Source: Selaginella moellendorffii (lineage: Eukaryota; Plantae; Lycopodiophyta). From it: a stretch of DNA of 64,000 bases. Numbering within the stretch: position 1 is the first letter of the stretch; each line of letters opens with the position of its first letter. Made by a program: the position numbers and the translations under genes. The stretch lies in contig NW_003314392.1 in assembly GCF_000143415.4 (NCBI RefSeq), positions 96,390 through 160,389 of the forward strand, in the 5' to 3' direction. Shown in pieces: positions 47,348 through 60,348 of the stretch. The notes beneath the pieces are model-generated. The model searched no databases and was not told where the DNA came from. It saw only the letters and a list, made by a program, of their open reading frames with translations.

Positions 47348-48361
47348 GATCTATGGCAAATGCCCCTGAAACATTGTAAGGCTCGTGTGGTCTCATGTGG
47401 TGTCCGATCGAGATGCTTCTTTGCAGGGTCATCAAAAAAGACATTTTATACCATTCTGTAAAATCTAGTTGCGATCTAACGGTTGGATCTCCAGAAAACT
47501 CAAAACAATCTCACGCATGTCAGAATATTCTAGGAATATACTCCTATGTGCCCCTTCTTTGCAGGGTCATCAAGAAGGACATTGTATACCATTCTTTATT
47601 TAGTTGAACATCTGGCATTTTTGGAAATATAAGATGCTTTGGAATATCCAATCATGCATGGTATAAATATAGCGAGGGTATTAAATGATATCCCAATCAT
47701 GATCTTTCTTTTGGATTTCGCGTGCATGCAGTCCGAGGAATGATGACGTTGCGGATTTCTTTTGGATTTCACGTGCATGCATGCGCGCGGCGATCCAGAA
47801 ATTAATGGTGGTGCCCAAGTCCGAGGAATGATGACGTTGCGGGATTACCAACTGTCGTGACATTTCGCGCATGTGAGGTTAAGTTTTGCATTTTGCTTCG
47901 TACTCGCGCTCGCATCGCACTCCCACTCGCGATCACGCTCACATTCGCACTCATCTACCTTCTCTACAGGTTTCTCGTGTGCATCGGCGTCCACTCGCGC
48001 TTGCATCACACTCGCGCTCGCATCGCGCTCGTGTGCATTGGCGTCCACTTCAAGACACACCCAGTTTGTAACTTCGCCGCCAACTCCGCCGCCCACTCCG
48101 CCACCCACACGCAGCCCACTTGGCGTCCCGGGAGATTTCAGCGCCACTCTCCAACTGTAAGTGGCAGAGTAGCCTTGCTGCTACGATCCGCTGCACACAC
48201 AGTGCACATTCGCCAACGAGTCCGGCCTCGATTGTCACGCCTCCATTCGGCTTCAAATGGTAAGTCTTTTAGGCCAAGTAGAAAATGGCATGAGGCCACA
48301 TGCCATTCAGTAGCAACATTGGCATGCACCGATTGGGCTCTCGAGTGCAGTCCGGTTACAG

Positions 48362-50185
48362 ATGGCGTGTATGAACTTGGGGGCCCCCTTCACGTACTCG
48401 CCGATGTCTTCATTTGACAACTCCAGCTCTTCCATCATCTCTTACGTAGTGTCAATGCTCACCCTCTCCACGGCCACTTGCTCGAAGATCCAATCCTTCA
48501 CAAACGAGGAGATCACTCATGCAGACGAAGTCAGCTCCATCATTGACTTAATGGTGGGACTTGTGGAGGTGGAATCTTCAATCCACTATATGATCTACGA
48601 CTCCGAATCCTATCACAAGTTCTGAAAGGCCTTGAACGAGGTGAAGGCTCAGTTGAAAGGCAAGGAGATGCGGGAGATCCATGGGATAATGGCTAAGAAG
48701 AAGATACCGACGAATGTCCGCATCTTCACACTCGCCCTTGTTATTGGTCCTGCAGCAGAGTGGGACTGGAGTGACTTCCCAGCTTCGTTTGACAAGGCCG
48801 ATCGAATTGATCTGAGGGAGGTCAATTTACCCATGCCTGAGGAACTAAAGACGGCTATGGAGCTTTCAAATCCAGAGAAAGCTCCAGGTGCAACATGGGA
48901 AATGCTCAGCTGGGTCTTCAACGCAATAGCGGGTGGGTCACCTGCTTCCCACTCCAAGGGCAAATGCGTTGTCGAGTACAACTGCGGCAGACTATTCTTT
49001 CGAGCCGCACTACTCAAGGGTGTCCCGTGTGTTGCGGTGACAAACTCCATTGAAGAGGTGACTTCAATGGAGCATATAATTACAGTTACCAAAGAAAAAC
49101 AGTATCTTCTCTATGAACCTGGTGAGTACGCACTTTAAGTTTAAATGTTATCTCACAAGCTCTGTATGCAGGAGCGTGGCCACCCCCAGATGCTGAAACG
49201 GCATTAACAGCTACTGTTGAAGATACCCATGTTGGGTCGAGCTCACAACCTGCATAAGGTAAGGTCACGTGAGGCCTCACGCCATTTTGATTATAGATCG
49301 TTGTGAATATTCAGACACGAGGATTGAAAAGCGCACTGGTGGCGCGTCGAAGGACAAAAACACACAAGCAATAGGAAAAAAGGAGGTACAAATTATATTT
49401 GCAATGGCGTGTGGTCTCATGCCATTCCTTGCAGGAGACACTTCTTCAAAGGCAAAACAGGCAAGCACCAGCCAAGCTCAAACTGACAGTGGTCATAAAA
49501 AGCGAAAGCACGTTGGACAGTCGTCGGGATCAGAGGCATTTGATTCGAAAAGGAAGAAGGGCAACGAAAAGATGATAGGTAATGCCTCGCGGTTATGGCG
49601 TGTGTGCTCATGCCATTCATTGCAGATCAAGGGCTGAGTGAAAGCAGCCAGTCACCACCTCCTGACTCAGATTCCTATGGCGGACTCCCCTTCCCCAATC
49701 TCAATGGAGAGGTACAATGGATGAGGGATGCTTTTCAAGTCAGGGCCACGTTTTTCTCATCTCGTCGTCTTCGAAGGGTGCAAGAACGTGCAAAAACCAT
49801 GTTAAGACAGTCAGGTGAGGATACGGTCCTAGGTCACGCACTAAAACAGGCTATGGATGTCTTGTATTTTGAGATGGAGACTCGGCCAGATGATTTTCCC
49901 AAGATGGTCCTGGAAGAACAAGCCATCCAGCCTAAGCAGCTTATGGAAGAAATGCAGGAGGGGGATGAGGAGCCAAAGAAAGATAATGAGCAGGAAGAGC
50001 AGAAGGACGAAGAGGAGGACAAAGAAGAGGAGGACGAAGAAGAGGAGGACGAAGAGGACTTGGATGGTCCTCACAATGGTGACGATCACAATAACGACGA
50101 CAACGATGATGACGACGATGGCCAGCCTGAGGTGGCCAAAGAGCAGCAGAGGAAGGTCATACAAGACAAACCATCAGGTAAATAA
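48362..50185 (+). pseudogene. Multi-exon accessory gene of unknown function, divergent from the transposase, with acidic low-complexity C-terminal part
   Basis: ORFs 48362-48625 and 48632-49138 are in one frame, split by a single TGA. GT-AG introns at 49122-49171, 49386-49434 and 49579-49625. E/D-rich exon runs to ~50180. Confidence 0.55.
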
Positions 50186-50237
50186 TAGTACATCCATTCC
50201 TAACCTTTTACCATTTCTAACATTGTCCATGTAGGTC

Positions 50238-51382
50238 TGTCGCGCATGTGACTTCGGGTATCGAAAGTTACCTGTCGACTAGTCCTTACGGACACTCTTA
50301 CCTTACTGCCACGATGGCAGGAGGTCGGTATTGCTGGACCCGTTATCAGTTTCCCACTTGAGCTAGTTGAGAAACTAGTCAATGACCGTGTACTTAGATC
50401 GGATAAACATAAGGTAGGAACCCTATGTGTTTCTTGCTGAGCATACTCGGCCTGGTTTGAGAAACTCCTGTCATTGGCTTGCACTTGCTAGTATCAAGAA
50501 CCCCCGCGATATTGAGATTGGTCCCTCAATATCGCTAAATGATAGCTTACCGTGTCTGCCAAACACCCTCGCTTTCATGCCCTTTGTGTTAGTCTCATTT
50601 TGGTCCCAAATGCTATTTATGGAAAGTGTCCAGATTTGCTCATTTGGCATATCTACGGAATGTAGAGATCGGCCTGAACACAATGGTGTTCGTCCCGTGT
50701 CCAAATTCGCAATCTAAGGACATTCCATATTTAGTAAGTTTCGAGCTTGTCCCAGAGACTAACTCCTGATACTAAGGGAGGCTTGGGGTGAAAGCCCAAA
50801 GCGTGTGTTCCTCAAGGGGGGGGGGCTATGGGGGGTTCCAAATGTATAGTAGGGATAGTGGGTAGGTCGGGCATGGCCGACCAACCTGAGGCATAGTCTA
50901 GCTCCCGCTTGCGTGCCTGTCCTTGTTCTGCGTCCGGCTTGGGTCTAAGCCCAAGTTCCATTCCATGCTAGTTGGTGGAGTACCCATGTCCTCGCGTTAG
51001 GCCACCGGTATGCCGAAATAGCGCCAGACTCCGTTTGGCTCCGTTTTGCGTGCTAGTCCTAGCATTGGGATGCTGGTTACTCTAGGACTGTTCCAAGTCG
51101 CTCCGAGCTCCTGTCCCTTCGCTCCTTGGGCTTTATGCTCGGGAGTTGCTCCGTGGTTCGGTTCCGTCACTCCTTGGCTCCATGCTTGGGAGTTTGGCAC
51201 CGTTCCTTTGTTCAGTGGCCCAAGGCCCTGAACCTCGGGTTCCTATGGACACGTGGCATGGACACGTGGCATGTGACACGTGGCATCTGTCACGTGGCAC
51301 AAAGAGGGTTTAGGTTCCGCTTCGTGGTGTTATCCTATGGTAAATCACCATAGGATAAAGGGTCAAAACCACGTGCGCTACA
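50238..51382 (+). repeat. 5' LTR
   Basis: tgtcgcgcat...gtgcgctaca; matches 56255-57399. Confidence 0.96.
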
Positions 51383-51384
51383 TT

Positions 51385-51395
51385 TGGTATCAGAG
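51385..51395 (+). other. Primer-binding site, tRNA-iMet type
   Basis: TGGTATCAGAG, two nt after the LTR end. Confidence 0.92.
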
Positions 51396-54300
51396 GGCAT
51401 ACGTCTCAGCGAGTACTATTCAATGAGATTGGGCAACTAGTCTCGTTGCATACGCAGAGATGAAAACGATGATCCGAGTGGGTACACGTTTGGGTGCAAA
51501 GACTTCGCGTTCGTTCCTTGGGTATGGATTCGGTTACCTTGTTGTACCATATTCTGTGAGCTTGAGCTTGGGCTCACAAAAGGGATTGAGTTGTTCCATG
51601 TACCGTGGGTAAAAGCAAACCTTCCCTGGGTTTGCTATGAGTGGCAAATAGGCTGGTCCGTAGCTGTTTAAGCACGGCACTAGTGGATCCTTCCTAGGCA
51701 TGATTACAAGTGGATCAATCAAGATTATAGGGATTAGTCTATTGGTTCAAGTAATCATTGCCGTGCTCTCTCATAAACTTTTCTTGGATTGGACTGAAGG
51801 CAGTGCGAAAGCAAGCTTGAGGTTTGGTCAAAGATGAGACCGAAAAGAGAGTCATCGGGGACGAAGGATCAAACACGTAAATCATCTTCTTCTCTTGGAG
51901 AGATGATTTGCAACGAGGTGTTCACTCATTGCTCGTATTCACATTATGCAATCAAGAGTCCTTACTTTGATGCATATTGGTTATGGTGGTCTTACAAATG
52001 GTGAGTTGTGGGATGGATAGTGGTGAAGCGCTATACCATTTTGTCTAGGCTCGCTATTGGAAGACTTGGGTTACAATGCTCAATTCTTTTCCGGGGAACC
52101 TAGCTATTGCTCCTTGAGTAGCTTGGTGTTGGGTTAAGTTTTGAGTTTGATCGGATAGCAAGTGGCATGAGCTTGTCTGTGTTGTGAACAAAAGTTAGTG
52201 GTGTTAGGTGTTGTAAATTTCTATCGGTAGAGTGTGGCATTTGTGTTGCATTCTGTCAAATTGAGTTGACACTTGATACTCACATAAACCTTTGAAGTAA
52301 TGATATGGGTGTTGCTCATGGTGTTGCTCAATTGATGATCAAGTCATTGTGATTTCCATATCATATCCATGTGATAATGAGCAATGTGTTTACGAAGTTG
52401 CTTGGTTAAACGATGATCAACCTCAAAGTGGTTGATGGTGATGCTAGTCTACTTACATGTAGTAACATTGAAGTAGCTTTGACTGGATTCTCGGTGGTGG
52501 TCCATTATGCTAAAGCTTAAGTTGGTACCTTGTTTCCTTGAGTTTGCCCATTAGGTGTTGGGAAAGGGTTATAGCATTTACTTGCTATGGCTTGTTGGTT
52601 GATCCGTTAACACTTGGAGTAGATTGTTGGATGGAGACAATGTGTAGTTGATGCATTGACATCGCTAGCATTTGTGTTAGTGCAAGTGGCATTGTTATTT
52701 CAAGTGATGAGGATTTTCCTTAGAGCTTGATTTTCTATGTCATTTTTCTTGTTAGTGTTTGGGCTTCACATTGGATCTTGAAGGTGGTTGAAGAAGAGTG
52801 TTAGTGCAATATGAATATCCGAAGATATGGTCTCCATGATCAAGCTTTAGATGTTCATTTTGCATTCTGCGGACGTCGGTGTTGGATGTTGAAAGAATGG
52901 GCAAAAAGATGTTCGAGGCTTAAGCATATTATGGGTCATGAGAATTTGTGTTGAGGTGAACCTATGTGAAGTTGTTAGTAGGAGGAAGTTGGTTGAGTCT
53001 TGAAAGTTTGTATTCCTGGACTGAGAGTCATTCTTTCTCTAGGATGGAAATTTTCCACAAATTTTCTTAGACTTTTCCAATAGTTGATCTGTTATCACTT
53101 TGTCCGAAAACCATTCCGTTTTCGAAAGCCAATACAAACTAGTGAAGGGGTTGGAGTTGACTTCGGTTAGCTTAGACCTTAGTAAATAGTTTGTATGTTG
53201 CGGCCCGAAAGGGATGCTAACTTTTGGGGCTAAGGCAATTGAGTTGGATAGAGTCTGGAGTTGGTGTAGAAAAGTGGCTGTTGCACTTTTCTGAGAAAGG
53301 TGACCCTTGTGCCTTTCTTCTGTAGCGTTCTGCTTGGTGGCAGCTTGCACCTTGCATTTCGTTAGACTCTATAAGAGTAATGAGCTCTCACTGATCTTGA
53401 CTTGGTCTTGGTGGCCCTGCACCTTGGTTGAGGATAGTGATGTTCAACTTAGTTGTTTGAGTTTGAGATGTTGGTACCCATACTGTAGCTTTATCTATGA
53501 GGAGGTTGTGTACCAATATGAGTCCATCTCATGGTCTTCGCTTTAGTTTCGGCTAAGTGTTGGTCATGCATAGCTAGCCTCTTCAAGGCATGCTCAGAGC
53601 TAGTGGCTAAATGCATTGGTGAGCTTATCGCGGTTGAGTTGGATTCGAGTGGTCATTTAGTTTGTGCTTGTCCATGAACCTTTATCTCATATTTGGGGTA
53701 TTACGTTCATGTTGGACAAGTGTGTAACTCAATGGCATGAGTTAGTGTTTGGGTTTTGTGAAAGGCAAGACAAGTGATTGTTGGTTGCTTTGCAACTAGT
53801 GATTGCTTGTAGACTTTGTCAAGGGCTTTGGACACTTGTTTCGCTTGATGAAGATTTAGCAGTGATGGGTTTACTTTACCGGATGGTATTGCGGAGGATC
53901 GTGTCATTTGACTTACATGGGTTTTCCATGTTGGCATGTCGACTCTACCTCTATTGGTATCATTTGGTTGCGTTTAGTTCATAGTGTTGGATTTCATTGA
54001 GTCTTGGATGTGGTGATGCACTCCTTGAGGAAGTGTTATCTGTACCTGAGTAATGTTGAAGAACTAGTCTCGGATACTGACTAAAGTATCTTCGACTTTG
54101 GTTAGCTTGGTTGCAAGAGAGTTTTGAGTGGTGATTCACTCTTGTTTTCTTTTAGCTTTGTTCTAGTGTTGGTGGCATTGAAGTGATGCCTTGTCGTTGA
54201 CATTGTTCATATTGAGATTTAAGTGGGATGAGATGTCTCTCTGCAAGATTGATGTCGAGTTTCATTAGTTTCGATAGAGATCATGTTAATGATTTGGTTG

Positions 54301-56242
54301 TAGCTTTGTGTTATTAACATGTGTACAATTGCTAGTTAGCAACTGTATTGACGTTCAAACAAGCGGAGTGGCAAGTTTGAGTTAGTTGTGTTCTAGACGA
54401 GGTTATTTAGTAAGGGTTGAGCTTTGGCTTTTCCTTGAAAAGTGATTTAGTCATGGACTATGCTAACTCTATAAGTAGAAGAGTTAGTGATCGATATTGG
54501 AATATTTGAATCCTTATAGGATTTTAGTTGAAATATATCAATCATTGATGATTCTTCTTGTGCTTGTTATGAAGTGAGTTACGTCTTGCTATAGATGGAT
54601 TCATGGAGGATCGTTTAGTGATCACTTGTTGAGCATAACTTTGCTATGCTTAGCTTTTGGATTGATGCAGAAATGCTCTTCATTAGCTTTGCATTATAAA
54701 GTTTGGGTTATAGATATGTTGAGGAGGATATTGTGGGTTGCACTATGATTTCTTCTTTAGCATTGAAGTTAGTCTATGCGAGACTCGTGATCATTATTAG
54801 GCAAGACTTAGCTATAAACTTCTTCGAGCTTTTGGTTCTTTGAGTTTTCATGTTCATTGTTCCATTTGTTAGAAGTTGTTGGGGAGGGCATTTTGGCTCT
54901 TTAGCTTCAATGTTCAAGTTGGTTTTTGCATCTAGCAATCATTAGTGATGATTGACTATCATCTGGGATAGTTGTTTGTCCTTATCAAAAGATTTTGCTT
55001 GATTATTGTTGGTATAGAATGATTTGTCGTTCTTTGGGATGGTAGATTATTTCTTTGACGATGGTTTGGCATATCTTTTTGATGGGATAATTGATGATCT
55101 TTTATGGTGGTTAGTTGTTCTTTTTGATAGCTTTTGGCTTTTCGCAATACTGCATGTTCTTTGTGGTTTGCTCTGGATTGGTCTCTTGGGTTTGAGACAT
55201 CAGTAGGATGTTGCTGACACTTGCTTAGGCAACTTGAGTTCCTTGGTGTTGTTGGCTGGGATCTATTCGGATTAGCTAGTGTGATAGTTGGCATTAACGA
55301 GTGTTTGTTGGTCTTGCCACATTCATTCTGTTCTGTTGACTATTGCTCGAGTTAGTTTTGATAGATTGGGATGTTATTTCCTTCGGGTGATACATTCGCG
55401 AGCATTGTGCTTGTCAGTCAATAATATTTTGTGTTCTTTGAGTTATCTCTAGTAAGTTGTTGGTTTACTATCTGCTATCTTCAATAGTTAAGTTTCATCA
55501 TTGAGTTTACTTGATGCTATACTTGCTATTGAATTTTGTTGGATAGTGATTCCTATGCCTACCAATTATGATGATCTTGGTGGTTTTTGTACTATACTAC
55601 TAGTTTATCGGATGATCACTTACTTGGAATACTTTTGTGTTCTAATCTAAGATATACTCACTGATAATTAAGTCTCTAAGATATCATTGTCTATAACTTT
55701 GATATTGTTCATCTATTGATCTTTGAGTTTGGGCCAGTATAGGCAGACTGGCTTCGGCACTTCGTGTGCATGTTGAAATCTCTAGTCATGGGGTAGCTAC
55801 TGTCGACTGGTCACATAACCCGCCTCTCTGTCGATGTTCCTTATTCCGTTAAAAGGGCGTGACCGTGTAAACAACTTTAACTGCCTGTTTACAATAGTCT
55901 ATCTAAACCTTACCGACGGGTTTGGTTTCTTTGCTTAGGAGGGTTGGGGCCTCTGGCTTCTCTCTCTATGTTCCTGCGGGCAGGGGCATATCGCACTTTT
56001 GTAAGCTGGGTGACTCCCAGAGCAGCAAGGGTGGCTGACCCCGTTGGTCATTTCCTTGTCGGCGACGGCCGGAAGGTGTCTAAGCTGGTAGCGCATTTGC
56101 GTTAGACAAAGAGGTTGCCCCCTAACTCATTTAAGTTGGTGCATTTCTCACATAGTGTGAGTACCGTGAACTTTTTCTGGAGTTGTTTCCTTGGCGGTAT
56201 TCTAGACTCGAGTATGCATCGACGAGGACGTCGATCTTCCCT

Positions 56243-56254
56243 AGGGGGGGAGAG
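56243..56254 (+). other. Polypurine tract
   Basis: AGGGGGGGAGAG directly before the 3' LTR. Confidence 0.9.
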
Positions 56255-57399
56255 TGTCGCGCATGTGACTTCGGGTATCGAAAGTTACCTGTCGACTAGT
56301 CCTTACGGACACTCTTACCTTACTGCCACGATGGCAGGAGGTCGGTATTGCTGGACCCGTTATCAGTTTCCCACTTGAGCTAGTTGAGAAACTAGTCAAT
56401 GACCGTGTACTTAGATCGGATAAACATAAGGTAGGAACCCTATGTGTTTCTTGCTGAGCATACTCGGCCTGGTTTGAGAAACTCCTGTCATTGGCTTGCA
56501 CTTGCTAGTATCAAGAACCCCCGCGATATTGAGATTGGTCCCTCAATATCGCTAAATGATAGCTTACCGTGTCTGCCAAACACCCTCGCTTTCATGCCCT
56601 TTGTGTTAGTCTCATTTTGGTCCCAAATGCTATTTATGGAAAGTGTCCAGATTTGCTCATTTGGCATATCTACGGAATGTAGAGATCGGCCTGAACACAA
56701 TGGTGTTCGTCCCGTGTCCAAATTCGCAATCTAAGGACATTCCATATTTAGTAAGTTTCGAGCTTGTCCCAGAGACTAACTCCTGATACTAAGGGAGGCT
56801 TGGGGTGAAAGCCCAAAGCGTGTGTTCCTCAAGGGGGGGGGGCTATGGGGGGTTCCAAATGTATAGTAGGGATAGTGGGTAGGTCGGGCATGGCCGACCA
56901 ACCTGAGGCATAGTCTAGCTCCCGCTTGCGTGCCTGTCCTTGTTCTGCGTCCGGCTTGGGTCTAAGCCCAAGTTCCATTCCATGCTAGTTGGTGGAGTAC
57001 CCATGTCCTCGCGTTAGGCCACCGGTATGCCGAAATAGCGCCAGACTCCGTTTGGCTCCGTTTTGCGTGCTAGTCCTAGCATTGGGATGCTGGTTACTCT
57101 AGGACTGTTCCAAGTCGCTCTGAGCTCCTGTCCCTTCGCTCCTTGGGCTTTATGCTCGGGAGTTGCTCCGTGGTTCGGTTCCGTCACTCCTTGGCTCCAT
57201 GCTTGGGAGTTTGGCACCGTTCCTTTGTTCAGTGGCCCAAGGCCCTGAACCTCGGGTTCCTATGGACACGTGGCATGGACACGTGGCATGTGACACGTGG
57301 CATCTGTCACGTGGCACAAAGAGGGTTTAGGTTCCGCTTCGTGGTGTTATCCTATGGTAAATCACCATAGGATAAAGGGTCAAAACCACGTGCGCTACA
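56255..57399 (+). repeat. 3' LTR
   Basis: 1145 bp; I saw one substitution versus the 5' LTR (c/t at 57121). Confidence 0.96.
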
Positions 57400-58272
57400 A
57401 GGTCGCAAAGCAAATTGTAAGTAGAGATTATTCAGTTGAATTAAGATACAAACTCTAGCCTTTAGTGTCGAGGAAGGATAGTGCCAAGCAAGGGTCGAAA
57501 CGTATGTCCAATCCTTCAGAATCAGCAGTGCGCCCAAGTGATATCGGTCCTAGTTCCTCAATAGCAGTTGATGGTAAATACAGTATAGTCGATTCAATGT
57601 GCTAATGAGTTTATGCTCTATTTCGTTAAAGTGGGATTTATTCAGTAAAATGGGACTAGGTACAAATTTTCAAGTATTTGAAAATGACGTGAAATTATAT
57701 GTTTTTTGTCCAGGGGCTAGACATATCTGGGGCATGGTGACTAGCGCGGTGACTTTATGTCCAGACTGAGTCCATCTGGTTGTATAATAAATCTCATTGT
57801 CAAGGTGAACAAGCCGAATCTGAAGCTAAAGAAGAGCGATGGCATGCGCGCACACACTATTTGTTTGTTCATTGAGCGTGTGGTGAGCTTTCCAAGATGA
57901 ACGTCATTCCTATTAGCCAGACATATAACTTAATGGTGAGAACATTTAGATATTATTCAATGTTATCTTTTTCTAACGAATCTAATTGTGAAGGTGTAGC
58001 AAGAGGCATTGCTAGTCTGGAGAAGTCATTTAACTCATTTGACCCTTAGTGTATTTTCATGAAACTAAATAACATTCATATTATTAAGGAATTTCTCTAG
58101 TACCTTTTTTTTACGACATAGAGGCTTGCATTTCTTTCAAAGGTGATTTAGTAAAAGGCCTGAGGGCACATGCCATTCTATTTCTCAGACCGGTATTAAG
58201 ATATACTAGTGCAAAGGGAAAAAGGTATTTGGTGATCAAGTAAATGACATGAGGGCACACGCCATTATAAGC

Positions 58273-60348
58273 CTAAGCGCTAGTGGACACCTCCTTTTTG
58301 GTACTCTCAGCGGTACTATCATCCTTCTCCGGGTCAGTTGTTTTGCTTTGGATTGTTGTCTCTGACGTTACTCGGGCGTTCTCGATAGTTGTTAATCTTG
58401 CCGTTTGTTCAGAAAAATGATCACCTGGAGTATAGTACGGGGAGTTTGGAAGACTTATATATTCTACATCTTCACCTGCTTCGTTTGGATGAGGCTGTGC
58501 ATTCACCGGGCGACCAGCCTCGTCGGAATGGCATGAGGCCTCACGTGATAACCCTACAATCTGACGGCCAACATATTCACTGGGATGGCATGGGGCCCCA
58601 CGCGATACTACAAGCCTTTGCTCCTCCTCCAGCTGAACCCTGTATGGGGTTCGATCGACAAGGGCCTTATGCAAGGGTTGGCCGTTCAGCTCAATCTGCG
58701 CACTTTGCAGAGACCTTAAGTGTTTTGCTAGGGACGCAATCATCATGTTTGCACCCCCGCCACCCCATAGAGGTACAAAGAAGTTCCCATAGTTCTGGGC
58801 ACCATGCCCATGAGCGATTATGCCAAACAGAGACACAGGCAGCTGCATGGATGAAGAGATTGCCTTGGGGGCAGGATTGAGTCGAGGTAAGCACGTCTTA
58901 TTCTGGTCCATTTTGTCGTGGATGATGCAGAGGTAAGAGTCAGGTCTCTCCATGGAGAGAATCCTGTTATGATAATATGCAGTCCTGCAGCTTCTCTGCT
59001 CGATGTTGTGGTCGAGCCGCCTTCTAACCAACGTCTCTCGCTCTTGAGCGCTGCAAGAATTCTTCGACAAAGCCATTTTGATAGCAGTGCACTCGTCACA
59101 CTTTGAAAAGCTGGAGTACTTTCCTATACTCACATCCCTGAACCTGTTGCTCCACAATCTACTAAATCTAGATTGGCTCAGCTTCCTGTAGCCATTACTC
59201 TGGAGTTCCCGATTCACATCTTCCAATATGGCCCCCTTGGTATACATGGAAGGGAGAACTCGTTGGGTGTCTCGTGTTCCATCTTCCAAGAGGCGGGTTT
59301 TATGTGGTTGCTGCTCGCTACATGTCTCGACAAACCTCTTGAAGATTGCCTCTCCATATACAACATGACCCCTGGTTTTGTGCGTACCGTCGTTCCCATG
59401 GACTGCCTGTTGAACCTTTTGTTCCTCGAACTCAGTTTTGATTCTGTAGAATGTGGTTCGAGGGACTCCATAAATGATTCTCCATGCCTTCATGCAGACC
59501 AAACCCCTCTGGAAGACCATGCCCCCCACCTGATGTTCTGAAGCATCAACAGATGACCGTAATGCCTCATACACAAAATTGCGAGCTGCCTTCCAGGACA
59601 ATGTCTTGTATCTTGCTCTCTCCTCTTCAATAGCATCCCAATCAGCATGTTGACAGCACCTCCTCTTGCAACAAGCAACTGTCGAGACCATTCGAACCTC
59701 CATCGCCATTTTCTGCCTTTTCGGTTCGTTGCTCAGATCCCTTTGGCTGCGCTTTAGGAAGGTGTACTTTCTTTTCCCATGAAGAGATGTTCTGTCATCA
59801 GTTGTAGTGGTGTTTGATTGTGAATCCTTCACATTCTCAAACACTAAGTGCCTCAATTTCCACCGCACAATGCTTCCAATAGTCAGACTGTTTTCTTCTG
59901 TGTCAACAACCTCTAAAATCGCAACTCCAATATCATCCCAGCCCAATTCTTGATTAGCAACCGCATCTCTTGGATCGACAACTGTGGCTAAGCCCTCAGC
60001 TACCACCTCCCCCTCGGGGTTGTTTAGAAACACCTTTGCCTGAATCCATGTAGCACGGTTCTTAAGATCCACGGAGGGAACATGCGTCGCACTTGCGCTG
60101 TCCCCAACATCTGCTTTCTTCTGAAGATTTTTCAAGGCAACAACAACATTTACCCCGACGACCATCTCTCCTCGTTCAATAGCGACCACATTCCCATCGA
60201 AGACAGTCTCTACTGATACAGCAGCATTGCCTTCCCCAAGCCTTTGACAGTGTATAACAAAGTTCCGATCCATAGACACAAGGGTCCCTTTTGCAACTCT
60301 CTTCCCACCATTCAAAATGTAAACCTTTTCCCCAACCCTGAAGGCCAT
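58273..60348 (-). CDS. Transposase-related ORF (691 aa), second copy: intact N-terminal half, lacks the DN..NKN/GHTHEDVD catalytic part
   Basis: Near-identical to copy 1 from TRGHVVYGE to HPNEA, then unrelated low-complexity sequence. Contains CCKRRCC and KCDEC cysteine motifs. Confidence 0.7.
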   Translation of the reverse strand: MAFRVGEKVYILNGGKRVAKGTLVSMDRNFVIHCQRLGEGNAAVSVETVFDGNVVAIERGEMVVGVNVVVALKNLQKKADVGDSASATHVPSVDLKNRATWIQAKVFLNNPEGEVVAEGLATVVDPRDAVANQELGWDDIGVAILEVVDTEENSLTIGSIVRWKLRHLVFENVKDSQSNTTTTDDRTSLHGKRKYTFLKRSQRDLSNEPKRQKMAMEVRMVSTVACCKRRCCQHADWDAIEEERARYKTLSWKAARNFVYEALRSSVDASEHQVGGMVFQRGLVCMKAWRIIYGVPRTTFYRIKTEFEEQKVQQAVHGNDGTHKTRGHVVYGEAIFKRFVETCSEQQPHKTRLLEDGTRDTQRVLPSMYTKGAILEDVNRELQSNGYRKLSQSRFSRLWSNRFRDVSIGKYSSFSKCDECTAIKMALSKNSCSAQERETLVRRRLDHNIEQRSCRTAYYHNRILSMERPDSYLCIIHDKMDQNKTCLPRLNPAPKAISSSMQLPVSLFGIIAHGHGAQNYGNFFVPLWGGGGANMMIASLAKHLRSLQSAQIELNGQPLHKALVDRTPYRVQLEEEQRLVVSRGAPCHPSEYVGRQIVGLSREASCHSDEAGRPVNAQPHPNEAGEDVEYISLPNSPYYTPGDHFSEQTARLTTIENARVTSETTIQSKTTDPEKDDSTAESTKKEVSTSA

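Larger units (their letters stand above)
50238..57399 (+). mobile_element. Non-autonomous LTR retrotransposon (LARD-like, probably Ty3/gypsy-derived)
   Basis: Two 1145-bp TG...CA LTRs, 5-bp TSD AGGTC (50233-50237, 57400-57404), PBS and PPT; no long internal ORF. Confidence 0.95.

Noticed and set aside
51400-56240. Short ORFs inside the LTR element as gag/pol genes
   Set aside because: All are about 110 aa or shorter, with no recognisable gag, protease, RT or integrase motifs.
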